Shown here: one piece after another, positions 1-10,984 of the stretch | Numbering within the stretch: the stretch's first letter is position 1 | Layout of the letters: each line of letters begins with the position of its first letter | NCBI RefSeq assembly: GCF_001194135.2 | Contig: NC_068985.1 | Span: 113,910,472 to 113,960,518 of the forward strand | DNA: 50,047 bases | Direction of reading: 5' to 3' | Source of the DNA: Octopus bimaculoides | Taxonomy: Eukaryota | Position numbers and translations under genes: made by a program | Notes under the pieces: generated by a model | What the model was told of the DNA's origin: nothing | The model's database searches: none | The model's input: only the letters and a program-made list of their open reading frames with translations

Positions 1-59
1 GACATAGCTTACCACATGGCTGTACTACTAAAATAATTTCAAGGTTTTTTGTTTTTTTG

Positions 60-385
60 TTGGTGCACTATTCAAAAACTATGAGCTGCAGGTTTGCCTA
101 AGACTGTTTAATGTGATAGGGATAGCTGCTAGAAATAGCAGTCAAATCTTCAAATGACATTTCAGCATCTTGAAAAAAAATAAAAAACACATCAAATAGT
201 GTATTTGTACATACCCCCACCATAGAGAGAGAGATGGAGAGAAAGAGAGAGAGGAATGAGAGAAAAGGAAGAAAGAAAGAAAGAAAGGAAGGAAGGTGAG
301 ACTCAGCTGGAATGTATTTGATCCTAGTGGGTCTGCTGAATCAGAGCTAGCCTGGAGCTAAATGATAAACATTCCTATCACAGCA
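60..385 (+). mobile_element. SINE-like repeat family D fragment, split by a (GA/AAG)n tract
   Basis: CTGCTA-GAAA-TAGCAG hairpin followed by TCAAAT. A similar diverged segment occurs at about 25575-25735. Confidence 0.4.
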
Positions 386-500
386 TGTAATATTATCAAA
401 GATAGGAGAAAGAGAAGAAAACAATAAGATAAAGAGAAAGAAAATGTTTCTTAACATTACCAAGAACTTCTGGAAGGTTAAAATGTACAAGAATGGCATA

Positions 501-543
501 ACTTACCTGCAAAAAAACAAAACAGAAAGAAAAATAAATTAGA
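501..543 (-). promoter_or_regulatory. Juxtaposed 3' and 5' splice sites (candidate recursive splice site)
   Basis: Minus strand reads TCTAATTTATTTTTCTTTCTGTTTTGTTTTTTTGCAG|GTAAGT: branch-like CTAAT, polypyrimidine tract, CAG, then a perfect donor. Confidence 0.5.
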
Positions 544-1028
544 TAAATATTACATGAAAAGTTACATATATATATTAAGCAGAACATTTAAAGGTAATAT
601 AACAAATATACTTAAAATAGAAATCATATTTATTTTTATTTACAAGATAGAGCATACAGAATCAGCCAGTGTATATAAAACAACCCTGGAATTTTTGCTC
701 AAGCTCTACTCATGCTTTGAGCTCTACTCACTGTATAAGACAATCTGGCAATTATTCACCCTCGATACAGTGGCTGGAAGGAACACGAGACAGAATCCGA
801 CACCTCTGTGACTATTGGAGCGATGTCCTTATTACAAAGTGTTTTAACCGGTAGCATGTTTTAATAGGCATTGATGAAGTAAGTACACTGCATATGTCTT
901 TAAATTATAAACTCTATCTTGTTTCAATGGCGGGACCTTTAATAGGATTGCAAAACAGAAGTGACACTCTAAACATCAGAATGTTAAGGTTTGGATTTTT
1001 ATACTCAATGTCTGAGATGACCCCTAGC

Positions 1029-1580
1029 TTACTCTTACTCTTTACTCTTTTACTTGTTTCAGTCATTTCACTGCGGCCATGCTGGAGCACCACCTTTAGT
1101 CGAGCAAATCAACCTCGGGACTTATTCTTTGTAAGCCTAGTCTCTTTTGCCGAACTGCAAAGTGACAGGGACATAAACACACCAGCATTGGTTGTCAAGC
1201 AATGCAAGGGGTACAAACACAGTCACACAAACACACACACACATATATACACATATATATATATATATATACAAGGCGGCGAGCTGGCAGAAATGTTAGC
1301 ATGCTGGGCGAAATGCTTAGTGGTATTTCGTCTGTCCTTGTTTGTCCCCTCTGTGTGTAGCCCCTTGTGGGTAGTAAAGAAATAACACACACACATATAT
1401 ATATATATACATATATTCAACGGGCTTCTTTCAGTTTCCGTTTACCAAATCCACTCACAAGGCTTTGGTTGGCCCAAGGCTATAATAGAAGACACTTGCC
1501 CAAGATGTCACGCAGTGGGACTGAACCCAGAACCATGTGGTTGGTAAGCAAGCTACTTATCACACAGCCACTCCTGCGCC
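1029..1580 (-). mobile_element. tRNA-derived SINE family A, full length, with nested family B insert
   Basis: Minus-strand head GGCGCAGGAGTGGCTGTGTG with B box GGTTCAGTCCC, internal (TA/CA)n, and tail (AAAGAGT)n. More than 20 related copies occur in the window. Confidence 0.9.
1274..1385 (+). mobile_element. Internally deleted SINE family B with Tx1-like tail
   Basis: Head GGCGGCGAGCTGGCAGAAATGTTAGC joined directly to tail TTTGTCCCCTCTG...AGCCCCTTGTGGGTAGTAAAGAAATAA. Confidence 0.8.
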
Positions 1581-1740
1581 AATGGTTTGAGGATGATTTT
1601 TCAAGGTTCAAATTCCATCATGTACAGCAGTATATGGAGTATTTTATAATGGCAGGGAGAGGAATGAGCTTTGGTTCAGCCATCATCCAAACCCTTTGCA
1701 CTCCTTACCCTTCTTCCTCTCCCCCTCCATCCCATCCATC

Positions 1741-2096
1741 TTTTACTGGTCTCAGTCACTGGACCGTGGCCAGGCTGGGGCACTGCCTTGAAGGGGTTAG
1801 TCAAACAAATCAACTTCAGTTATTAATTTTTGAATCTGGTACATATTCTATTGGCCCGGTTTGCTGAACTGCTAAGTTACGAGGATGTAAACAAACCAAC
1901 ACCATTTTCCAAACACAAACACACATACATACATATGACAGGCTTCTATACAGTTTCCATGTACAATATTCACTCATAAGGCATTGGTAAGCTTGGAGCT
2001 ATAATGCAAGACACTCGCTCAAGATACTGTGCAGTGGAACTGAACTCAAAACCAGGTGGTTATAAAGTGAACATTTTAACCATACAGCCATGCCTG
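1741..2096 (-). mobile_element. SINE family A, older diverged copy
   Basis: Collinear similarity to 1029-1580. Confidence 0.8.
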
Positions 2097-2116
2097 AACC
2101 AACAAACACACACACT

Positions 2117-2460
2117 CATCATCATTATTTAATGTCTGTCTTCCATGCAGGAATAATGGGTTCGGTCAGTTTGACAGGGGCTGGTAAACCTGTCTGCTTT
2201 GACTGGGCTTTTACAGCAGGATGCCCTTCCTAGCACGGCCCACTTTACAGAGTGGATTAGGTACTTTTTATGTATCACCAGCACCAGTGAGGTCACCATG
2301 ATGGGATTCTTTCACTTTCTGTCTACCAAATTCACTCACAAGGTTTCAGTTGGCCAGCCTGGGACTTTTGTCGAAAAACATATTGCCCAAGTGGTTACGC
2401 AGTGAGAATGAACATGAAACCACATAGTTGGGAAGCAAGCTTCTTAGCCACACAGCCAGG
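2117..2460 (-). mobile_element. SINE family C fragment followed by a family A head fragment
   Basis: (CAT)n...TTCCATGC...GGATGCCCTTCCTA motif, then ACCAAATTCACTCACAAGG...CACAGCC. Confidence 0.65.
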
Positions 2461-2513
2461 CTTGTTGTGAGGTAGGGTTTATTGTTTTGTCAAGCACCTC
2501 CTTGTCTTTCAGC

Positions 2514-2959
2514 TTAACCCTCTTGTCACTATGTTTCTGTTGAAATACATGGCTTCTATTTCAATAATTTTTTTAAATAATGGAAAATTTAGTAAATTAA
2601 TTTTGTCATTATTAATCTTGTTTTTGGAATACAAATTAACATGAAATTTGGATAGAAGCTTTAATCCTTTAGTATTCAGTTTATTCTGCCAAATGTAATT
2701 CTTATTTATTCATATTGTTTTGAATTAACCATGCACTATTTCATAGCTTTCAGTTTTTGGGGATATATTTGTCTATTTATAGAATGACATTATAGGGTAG
2801 GTGTGAAAGACTGGATTTGGCTGGTTCGTACATAAAACAGAATATTTGGGTCCTGAAATCTGGCCAGTTTAAATACTAAAAGTTCAAATTTAGAATTCCT
2901 TTAAAACAAAAAATTTGTCCAAGAGCAAGTTTCAGGTGTGTTGGTACCATAAGGGTTAA
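2514..2959 (+). mobile_element. piggyBac-type MITE (TTAA-CCCT...AGGG-TTAA) containing a second nested MITE
   Basis: Terminal TTAACCCTCTTG and CATAAGGGTTAA. The body matches the units at 13632-14867. Confidence 0.75.
2661..2887 (+). mobile_element. Second piggyBac-type MITE inserted at an internal TTAA
   Basis: Ends TTAATCCTTTAGTATT and AATACTAAAAGTTCAA share inverted TTTAGTATT. The host sequence resumes afterwards. Confidence 0.6.
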
Positions 2960-2974
2960 TAAGTTACAAGTATT

Positions 2975-3189
2975 AAGATAGTGAGCAGGAAGAAATGTTA
3001 GTATGCCAGGAAAAATGCTTCATGGCATTTCATCCATCTTTGCAATCTGAGTTCAAATTCCACTAAAGTTGACTTTCCCTTACACCCTTCCAGGGTCAAT
3101 GAAATAAGTACTAGTTGGATACTGAAGTTGGAGCAATTGATTTACCCACTTCTCCAAAACTGCTGGCCCTGTACCAAAATTTGAAACCA
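2975..3189 (+). mobile_element. SINE family B, diverged
   Basis: GAGTTCAAATTCC B box, GTTGACTTT core and GGCCCTGTACCAAAATTTGAAACC tail. Confidence 0.8.
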
Positions 3190-3689
3190 ATATATTACAA
3201 GTACTGTCAATATATACCCCTAGCAAGATTTGAAATCAAGATCAACAGAAGCCTACTATGTATTATGTAGTTTTAATATCGCACTCGGTGCTGTTTCATA
3301 AAGAAAAATGGAAAACGGTATGAATGAGAATACCATAAAGTCAAGCAGCAGCCATAAATATTTTGGTTTCATAGACTTTCAAGGAATTTCTTACTGGCAC
3401 TACTTCATTTGCACACTCTAATATCATTGCTATAATATTTGTCTTTAAAGAGAGAACGAAATTGATATAGTCTTCCTAACTTTGCCATAGGGCCACCCCC
3501 AACCACCGACCAACTAACCAACCATCTACCCCTTTACCTAAGATCACTTATGTGTTCAAACTATATTGATACTTCTCTTCAAAGGAAAGAAACCAGCCAA
3601 GTGTATCCGCCTTTCTTGCAACTAAAGTTGTATCATGCATGGCTAAACATTCTGTTGAAACTAGATAATCACATACCCACAAAAATATG

Positions 3690-3747
3690 TGCGCATGTGT
3701 GTGTGTATTTGTATGTTTATGTGTGTGCGTGTGTTTGTGTGTGTGTG

Positions 3748-3786
<39 letters not shown>

Positions 3787-3870
3787 GTATACATATGGAA
3801 GTATATATACATATATATGATATGTATAAATATAAATATGTGTGTGTGTGTGTCCACACACACATATCCC
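3690..3870. repeat. (GT)n/(AT)n compound microsatellite
   Basis: Read directly from the sequence. Confidence 0.95.
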
Positions 3871-4214
3871 CAAAAGGGGGCTAGTCAGAATGAAGAAAAT
3901 ATTAAATAATATCCAAAATTCAGTAATGGATGAGAAGATCGAACACTGAAATAAATAATTCTACACTTAACTATTTCTGTAAATGGTAGAGTTTTAATTC
4001 CTATATTTTCTGCTAGTGATTGAAGATTGAATGAAGAATGTATGATTATATTTTAAAATGAAACACAGATACAAACATCAATGGCATATATGCAAGATGC
4101 AGCAAAAAGAAAAAAAAAAGTTATGAAGACACCTCCAGTGGGAGATGAACCGAAGACGCCTATGTGTTACTCAGTTGCATTAACTACCAGATTTTATTCT
4201 AATTTTTTTCTCTT

Positions 4215-4262
<48 letters not shown>

Positions 4263-5858
4263 AGAGATAGAAAGAAAGAGAGAAGCATATTCATGTGTGT
4301 ATACATGTATATAATTCTAGTTTTATCTTGACACAGAAAATTCTTTTAATTTCTGAAGAATTGTCTTCTTTTTGCTTCTGTTCCCTTCCTATCTGACCCT
4401 GCACTCCATGTAGTCACCTCCTTCTCTAGCTAGCTAGTTCCCTAAAGCACACTCTTCCTCCACATGTTCCTACATCACCAAAAAAANNNNNNNNNNNNNN
4501 NNNNNNNNNNNNNNNNNNNNNNNNNNNNNNNNNNNNNNNNNNNNNNNNNNNNNNNNNNNNNNNNNNNNNNNNNNNNNNNNNNNNNNNNNNNNNNNNNNNN
4601 NNNNNNNNNNNNNNNNNNNNNNNNNNNNNNNNNNNNNNNNNNNNNNNNNNNNNNNNNNNNNNNNNNNNNNNNNNNNNNNNNNNNNNNNNNNNNNNNNNNN
4701 NNNNNNNNNNNNNNNNNNNNNNNNNNNNNNNNNNNNNNNNNNNNNNNNNNNNNNNNNNNNNNNNNNNNNNNNNNNNNNNNNNNNNNNNNNNNNNNNNNNN
4801 NNGTTTTTATCTTTTTTGTTTTAACCTTCTCGTTATTGGCCCTTACTGCATGCAGTCACCTCAGACTTTGCTCTTCCCAACACATAAAAAAAAACCCATA
4901 ATAATAAAAAAACACCTCAGCAAAAAAAAAAAAAACCCTCAACACAAACAAAAACAAAAATCCATCCTTTAAAGCCTATTGCCCTCCCTATTCTCTTCCA
5001 AGCCACTGTTTTATGGCATTGGAATGCACGATGTGTAATTTATCAGACAATATGATCTTATGTAAAGAGAGTTTTATTGCTAAGTCAGGCTCATATCCAT
5101 TGCAACTCCTAATCTCTCAACTTGTTTATATAGGGAGTAATAGAAAGGGAGAAGAGGGTGATGTTGTATAGACCCACTCATAAACTTAGTAGCACAGTAA
5201 AGATTGCTGTCTCCTGTTTATTTATTTATCATTATTATTATTGTTGTTGTTACATATGTGTGTGTGTGTGTGTTATTGTAGTAGATGCTTTTATACTAAT
5301 AAAACAAGATGGGAAAAGACCCATAACTTTCTTTAATATTACTTCAATTTGCTTCATACACACAGATATTTCATTTCCTATCTATATTCCTTTTTATCAA
5401 TCTATCTATCTTTCTTACTCACTACCTGTCGATCTATTCGTCCATTGCTCAAGCCATCTATCTATTCACCCACTTTCCTTAGTGCTCAGACCTAACATAT
5501 CGATCTATCCATCCATCCATCTATCTACTGATACAAAACTTAGCCTTTCTGCCTTTTTATCTGAACAAATACATAAAATTATAAACAAAAGGAAAACAGG
5601 AAAAAAAAAAAAAAACATGAACAAAAATGACATTTGAGAGCAAGTGGAAGAAAGTGGTTGGATGACAATGATGATGAAGATGATGATGATGATGGTTGTG
5701 GTGGTGTTAGTGGTGAGTGGACAGTTAGGTCAAATGGCTGGTTAAATAGATTTTATTTTTTTGTTTGGTATACAATACATCCGTTCCTGCACAACAAAAG
5801 TGTTTGCCACATGCATACAATGCAACCACATTCTAAATTTCGTTTGTGTACAATAAAT

Positions 5859-6391
5859 GCTGGCATGGCTGTGTGGTTAAGCAGCTCACTTTGCAATGAT
5901 ATGGTTTCAGGTTCAGTCTCAATGCATGGCGCCTTAGGCAAGTGTCTTCAACCATAACCCTTAACTGACCAATGTGAGTGAGATTGGTGGACAGAAACTG
6001 TGTGGAAGCGAATGGCGGTGAGCTGGCAGAAACGTTAGCACACCAGGCGAAATGCTTAGTGGTATTTTGTCTGCTGCTACGTTCTGAGTTCAAATTCCGC
6101 CGAGGTCGACTTTGCCTTTCATCCTTTCGGGGTCAATAAATTAAATACCAGTTACACACTGGGATCGATATAATCGAAAATGTGTTTGTCTGTCTTTGTT
6201 TGTCCCCTCTATGTTTAGCCCCTTGTGGGCAATAAAGAAATAGGAAACTGTATGGAAGCCCACTGCATGCATATGTGTGTGTGTGCATGTGTTTGCATTT
6301 GTCTGCACCACTTGATAAACAGTGCTGGTTTGTTTACATCACCATAACATAGTGGTTTGGTGAAGGACACAGATACAAAAGGTACCAGGCT

Positions 6392-6430
<39 letters not shown>

Positions 6431-6511
6431 TACTGCAGTCAATTCATTTTACTGAACCCTTCAAGGTGCTGCTCAAGAATAGTTGTAATCAAATAACTGA
6501 AACAAGTAAAC
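5859..6511 (+). mobile_element. SINE family A (plus strand) interrupted by a family B insertion
   Basis: Head at 5859-6009; body and tail resume at 6244. Confidence 0.85.
6013..6243 (+). mobile_element. SINE family B, full length, Tx1-like tail, 16-bp TSD
   Basis: TSD GAAACTGT(G/A)TGGAAGC at 5994-6009 and 6244-6259. Tail CCCCTTGTGGGCAATAAAGAAATA. Confidence 0.9.
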
Positions 6512-6585
6512 GATCTGAAATTAATATATTTCTTACATCAGGTCCACTCTTCTTCATCTGATTACCATATTATACACCTATTAAT

Positions 6586-6912
6586 GGAGGCGCAATGGCC
6601 CAGTGGTTGGGGCAGCGATCTTGCAGTCATAGGATCGTGGTTTCGATTCCCAGACCGGGTGTTGTGAGTGTTTATTGAGTGAAAACACCTAAAGCTCCAC
6701 GAGGCTCCGGCAAGGGATGGTGGCGAACCCTGCTGTACTCTTTCACCACAACTTTCTCTCACTCTTAACTTTCTGTTTCTGTTGTGCCTGTAATTCAAAG
6801 GGTGAGCCTTGTCACATTGTGTCATGCTGAATATCCCCGAGAACTACATTGCGGGTACACGTGTCTGTGGAGTGCTCAGTCACTTGCATGTTAATTTCAC
6901 GAGCAGGCTGTT
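6586..6912 (+). mobile_element. tRNA-derived SINE family E
   Basis: A box TGGCCCAGTGG and B box GGTTTCGATTCC. Core ATAATTCAAAGGG.AGCCTTGTCACA-type segment and 3' part are shared with 23838-24125. Confidence 0.85.
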
Positions 6913-7025
6913 TTATATACATACACACCCACGAGTGGACAAACGAAAGTGGCATTAACACCACTTGACCCAGGCTGACCAATAGAAGCCATCTTGAATG
7001 TGTCTCAAATCTCTTATTCTTCTGC

Positions 7026-7093
7026 TGATATCTGATGAGAAGCCTGTCCTGCATGCTCATGAAACTTTAAACCATCTGGAGCTGAGTCATACC

Positions 7094-7094
<1 letters not shown>
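7026..7094 (+). ncRNA. Degenerate type I hammerhead ribozyme-like motif
   Basis: CTGATGA (7032-7038), GAAAC (7061-7065) and GTC (7086-7088) in the correct order. Stem I pairs 5 of 6, stem III 4 bp, stem II disrupted. Confidence 0.4.
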
Positions 7095-7163
<69 letters not shown>

Positions 7164-8060
7164 NNNNNNNNNNNNNNNNNNNNNNNNNNNNNNNNNNNNN
7201 NNNNNNNNNNNNNNNNNNNNNNNNNNNNNNNNNNNNNNNNNNNNNNNNNNNNNNNNNNNNNNNNNNNNNNNNNNNNNNNNNNNNNNNNNNNNNNNNNNNN
7301 NNNNNNNNNNNNNNNNNNNNNNNNNNNNNNNNNNNNNNNNNNNNNNNNNNNNNNNNNNNNNNNNNNNNNNNNNNNNNNNNNNNNNNNNNNNNNNNNNNNN
7401 NNNNNNNNNNNNNNNNNNNNNNNNNNNNNNNNNNNNNNNNNNNNNNNNNNNNNNNNNNNNNNNNNNNNNNNNNNNNNNNNNNNNNNNNNNNNNNNNNNNN
7501 NNNNNNNNNNNNNNNNNNNNNNNNNNNNNNNNNNNNNNNNNNNNNNNNNNNNNNNNNNNNNNNNNNNNNNNNNNNNNNNNNNNNNNNNNNNNNNNNNNNN
7601 NNNNNNNNNNNNNNNNNNNNNNNNNNNNNNNNNNNNNNNNNNNNNNNNNNNNNNNNNNNNNNNNNNNNNNNNNNNNNNNNNNNNNNNNNNNNNNNNNNNN
7701 NNNNNNNNNNNNNNNNNNNNNNNNNNNNNNNNNNNNNNNNNNNNNNNNNNNNNNNNNNNNNNNNNNNNNNNNNNNNNNNNNNNNNNNNNNNNNNNNNNNN
7801 NNNNNNNNNNNNNNNNNNNNNNNNNNNNNNNNNNNNNNNNNNNNNNNNNNNNNNNNNNNNNNNNNNNNNNNNNNNNNNNNNNNNNNNNNNNNNNNNNNNN
7901 NNNNNNNNNNNNNNNNNNNNNNNNNNNNNNNNNNNNNNNNNNNNNNNNNNNNNNNNNNNNNNNNNNNNNNNNNNNNNNNNNNNNNNNNNNNNNNNNNNNN
8001 NNNNNNNNNNNNNNNNNNNNNNNNNNNNNNNNNNNNNNNNNNNNNNNNNNNNNNNNNNNN

Positions 8061-8745
8061 TATGGAGGTGAAGTTCGTGTAGTCTGTAGTTGTGGTGGTG
8101 GCTGTTGTCTGTCTATGATGACCACTGTTGTAGTTGTGATGGTTATTGTGGTAGTTGTTACTGCTGTCTGTTTGGAGTTGTTGTCTATGATAGGCTGTTG
8201 CAGTGTTTGATGTTGTTATTGATGATATTGTTGTTGTTGTTGTTGTTGTTGTTGTCAGTGTTAGCTGTTGAGGTGGTTGTGTTGTTGTTGTGCTGTTGTC
8301 TATAATGACAACAACAAATATGTTGTTGTTGTTGTTATTGTTTAAGAAGGCTGTTGTGTTTCATATTTGTATGATGGTTTTTCAGCAGTATGGGCAATAG
8401 TTGTTCTTGTCATTAATACTACTACTACTAATAATAATTATAATAATAATAACAATAATAATATTGGTTGGTGTTTATTTGTGGTTAAAAACAAGACAAA
8501 CAACAAACAGTAAATCAACAAACGCTACATGAACACAACAACAAGAAACCAAAAACAAACATAAACAACTTCCTATTCCCCAACCATCACCATCATCATC
8601 ATCATCGTCATAATAATCACCAGCACCACCATACTTTGGCTACTTTTTAAGAAAAAGAACATGGTTTAAGATGGTAGTGGTGGCAGTGGTAGGGATGGTG
8701 GTGATTGTGGTAGTGGTGGTGGTGGTGGTGGTGGTGGTGGTGGTA
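8061..8745. repeat. Degenerate (GTT)n/(AAT)n/(AAC)n/(CAT)n/(GGT)n trinucleotide tracts
   Basis: Read directly from the sequence. Confidence 0.9.
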
Positions 8746-9014
8746 AGAGCAGCACTTCATTAATTAAACTCCTCTCCCTTGCAAAACCATCAAACAACAG
8801 CCAGATTAGCCTTTTAATTAACACTGGTTCAAATACTGCAGCAGTAGGCTAGGATATAATGCTGTAAACATGGGGTAGTGGGGGCTGTTATCTCTGTTGT
8901 GCAGGAATGTCTTTGCACATATTCACACACACACACACACACACACAAATTCTGTACATGTGTATGTGTATGTGTGGCTATCTTAGACAATATATATGAA
9001 AGGCAAATGATTTG

Positions 9015-9510
9015 ATGCTGATCATAATGATGATGATGATGATGATAGCAATGGATATAATAAGGACAATGTTGATGATGAATATGATGATGATGATGAC
9101 GATGGTGATGATGGAATTGAATATGATCATACTGGTGATAGTGATGATAAATATGATGATGATGATGATATGGTGATAATGATGAACATGATAATGAGGA
9201 CAGTAATATGATGGTGATGGTGGGGAGGATGAATATGATAATGATGATGATGAATATGATGAGGATACTGATAACTGAGATGAAGATGAATACGACGATG
9301 ATGACAATGATGATGACGATGACTTTTAGCAATTACAATGAAGATGATGACGATGATGAGCAGGAGAGGAAGGAAAAAAAAAAAAACCAGGATTCTGATT
9401 ATGATAATGACGATATGAAAGCATGACGGTAATAAATCTTTTAGAACATCATGGTGATGATAGTGATGCTGCTGCTGCTGATGATGATGATGATGATAAT
9501 AATGATGATT
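9015..9510. repeat. Degenerate (GAT)n microsatellite field
   Basis: Read directly from the sequence. Confidence 0.9.
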
Positions 9511-10207
9511 CTTTTGAAAATAATAAACACAGAATATTAAAATACTCCATATAGTAAATACACACACACACAAGCACCAAAATATAAAGCACAGACATAC
9601 ACATATTTAAACATATACAGACACACATGCATGTATATATACATACAATCATATATATATACACACACACATACACTTATGTATACACACACATAGACAC
9701 ATATACATATATATATACATACATATATGTGAATATATATATATATAAATATATATATATATATGCATGCACACATACATACACACAAATGCACAAAATG
9801 TAGGCCTATGGCATAATACTATTGCATAAAACAAAATACACACACATTCACATATTTACACACACACACACACACACACACAAGTAATTTATCAAATGTT
9901 TATATTTCATTTTAGTTTATCAAGTTAACCATGTTAGAGGTGGCAAGCATAGGAAGGGGGTGGGATGAGCTTGTGTGGTGGTGGTGAAGATAGGTGTATG
10001 GATGGCAGTGATCATCATGTAGATAAGAGAGAGGAGGAAGAAGAGAAAGAAGAGGAGAGAGAGAGAGAGAGAGAGAAGAGTAAGACAGAAGACAACCATG
10101 AAAGCAAATAATTTTCAAAGATGGAATGGTGAAACAATAAGGAAATGGATCTCAAAAGCATGATGGAGAGAAAAGAGANNNNNNNNNNTGATGGAGAGAA
10201 AAGAGAT

Positions 10208-10250
<43 letters not shown>

Positions 10251-10272
10251 ACTATACACACATGCATATGTT

Positions 10273-10307
<35 letters not shown>

Positions 10308-10711
10308 CTGTTAGTGACTGATATACAAAGAAAATGAGAGCTGTGTTAAGTTAGACAAACAAGATAGGAATGAAGACAAGCAGATGTGAAGGACTATCAA
10401 CAATAAGTCTCTGTTATCACCACCAACACACAATTTTTCTAATTATCTGTTTGGTCTAATTGAATTTCCAATATATAACTCAATCTATAAGGAAATGATG
10501 AAAATATTGCACCACAGCTATGCATTGGTCTCTTACACAACTGCTGCTCTCTTCATTCTTCTCTGTTGTCGGATCCACTGGTTGTTCTCTTCCTATTATT
10601 TTGTTGTTTGCATTGAGGTGAGGTTAAACTACTATTTAGTTTATGGTCATACAGCTTACTATTTATTACTATTATTACTATTATTATTATCATCATCATC
10701 ATCATCATTGA

Positions 10712-10927
10712 GATGGTGAGCTGGCAGAATAATTAGCATGCCAGGCAAAATGCTTAGCAGTATTTTGCTTGTCTTAACGTTCCAATTTCAAATTCTGCTG
10801 AAGTTAACAACTTTCCTTTCCATCCTTTCGAGGTCGATAAAATAAGTACCAGTTGAGCACTGGGGTTGATGTAATCGATCTGCATCCTCCCCTGAAATTG
10901 CTGCTGGTCTTGTGCCAAAGTTTGAAA
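10712..10927 (+). mobile_element. SINE family B with (ATT)n tail
   Basis: GGTGAGCTGGCAGAAT head and CCTTTCATCCTTTCGAGGTCGATAAAATAAGTACCAG-type core. Confidence 0.9.
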
Positions 10928-10984
10928 CTATTATTATTATTACTATCATTATTATTATTATTATTATTGTTGTTGTTGTTGTTA

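Noticed and set aside
730-810. Minus-strand peptide GVGFCLVFLPATV resembling a monocarboxylate-transporter motif, with a GTGAGT donor
   Set aside because: The resemblance is too short, the flanking residues do not fit, there is an in-frame stop just upstream, and the acceptor is weak.
4110-4190. Weak tRNA-like B box on the minus strand (GGTTCATCTCCCACTGGAGG)
   Set aside because: No convincing cloverleaf or A box.
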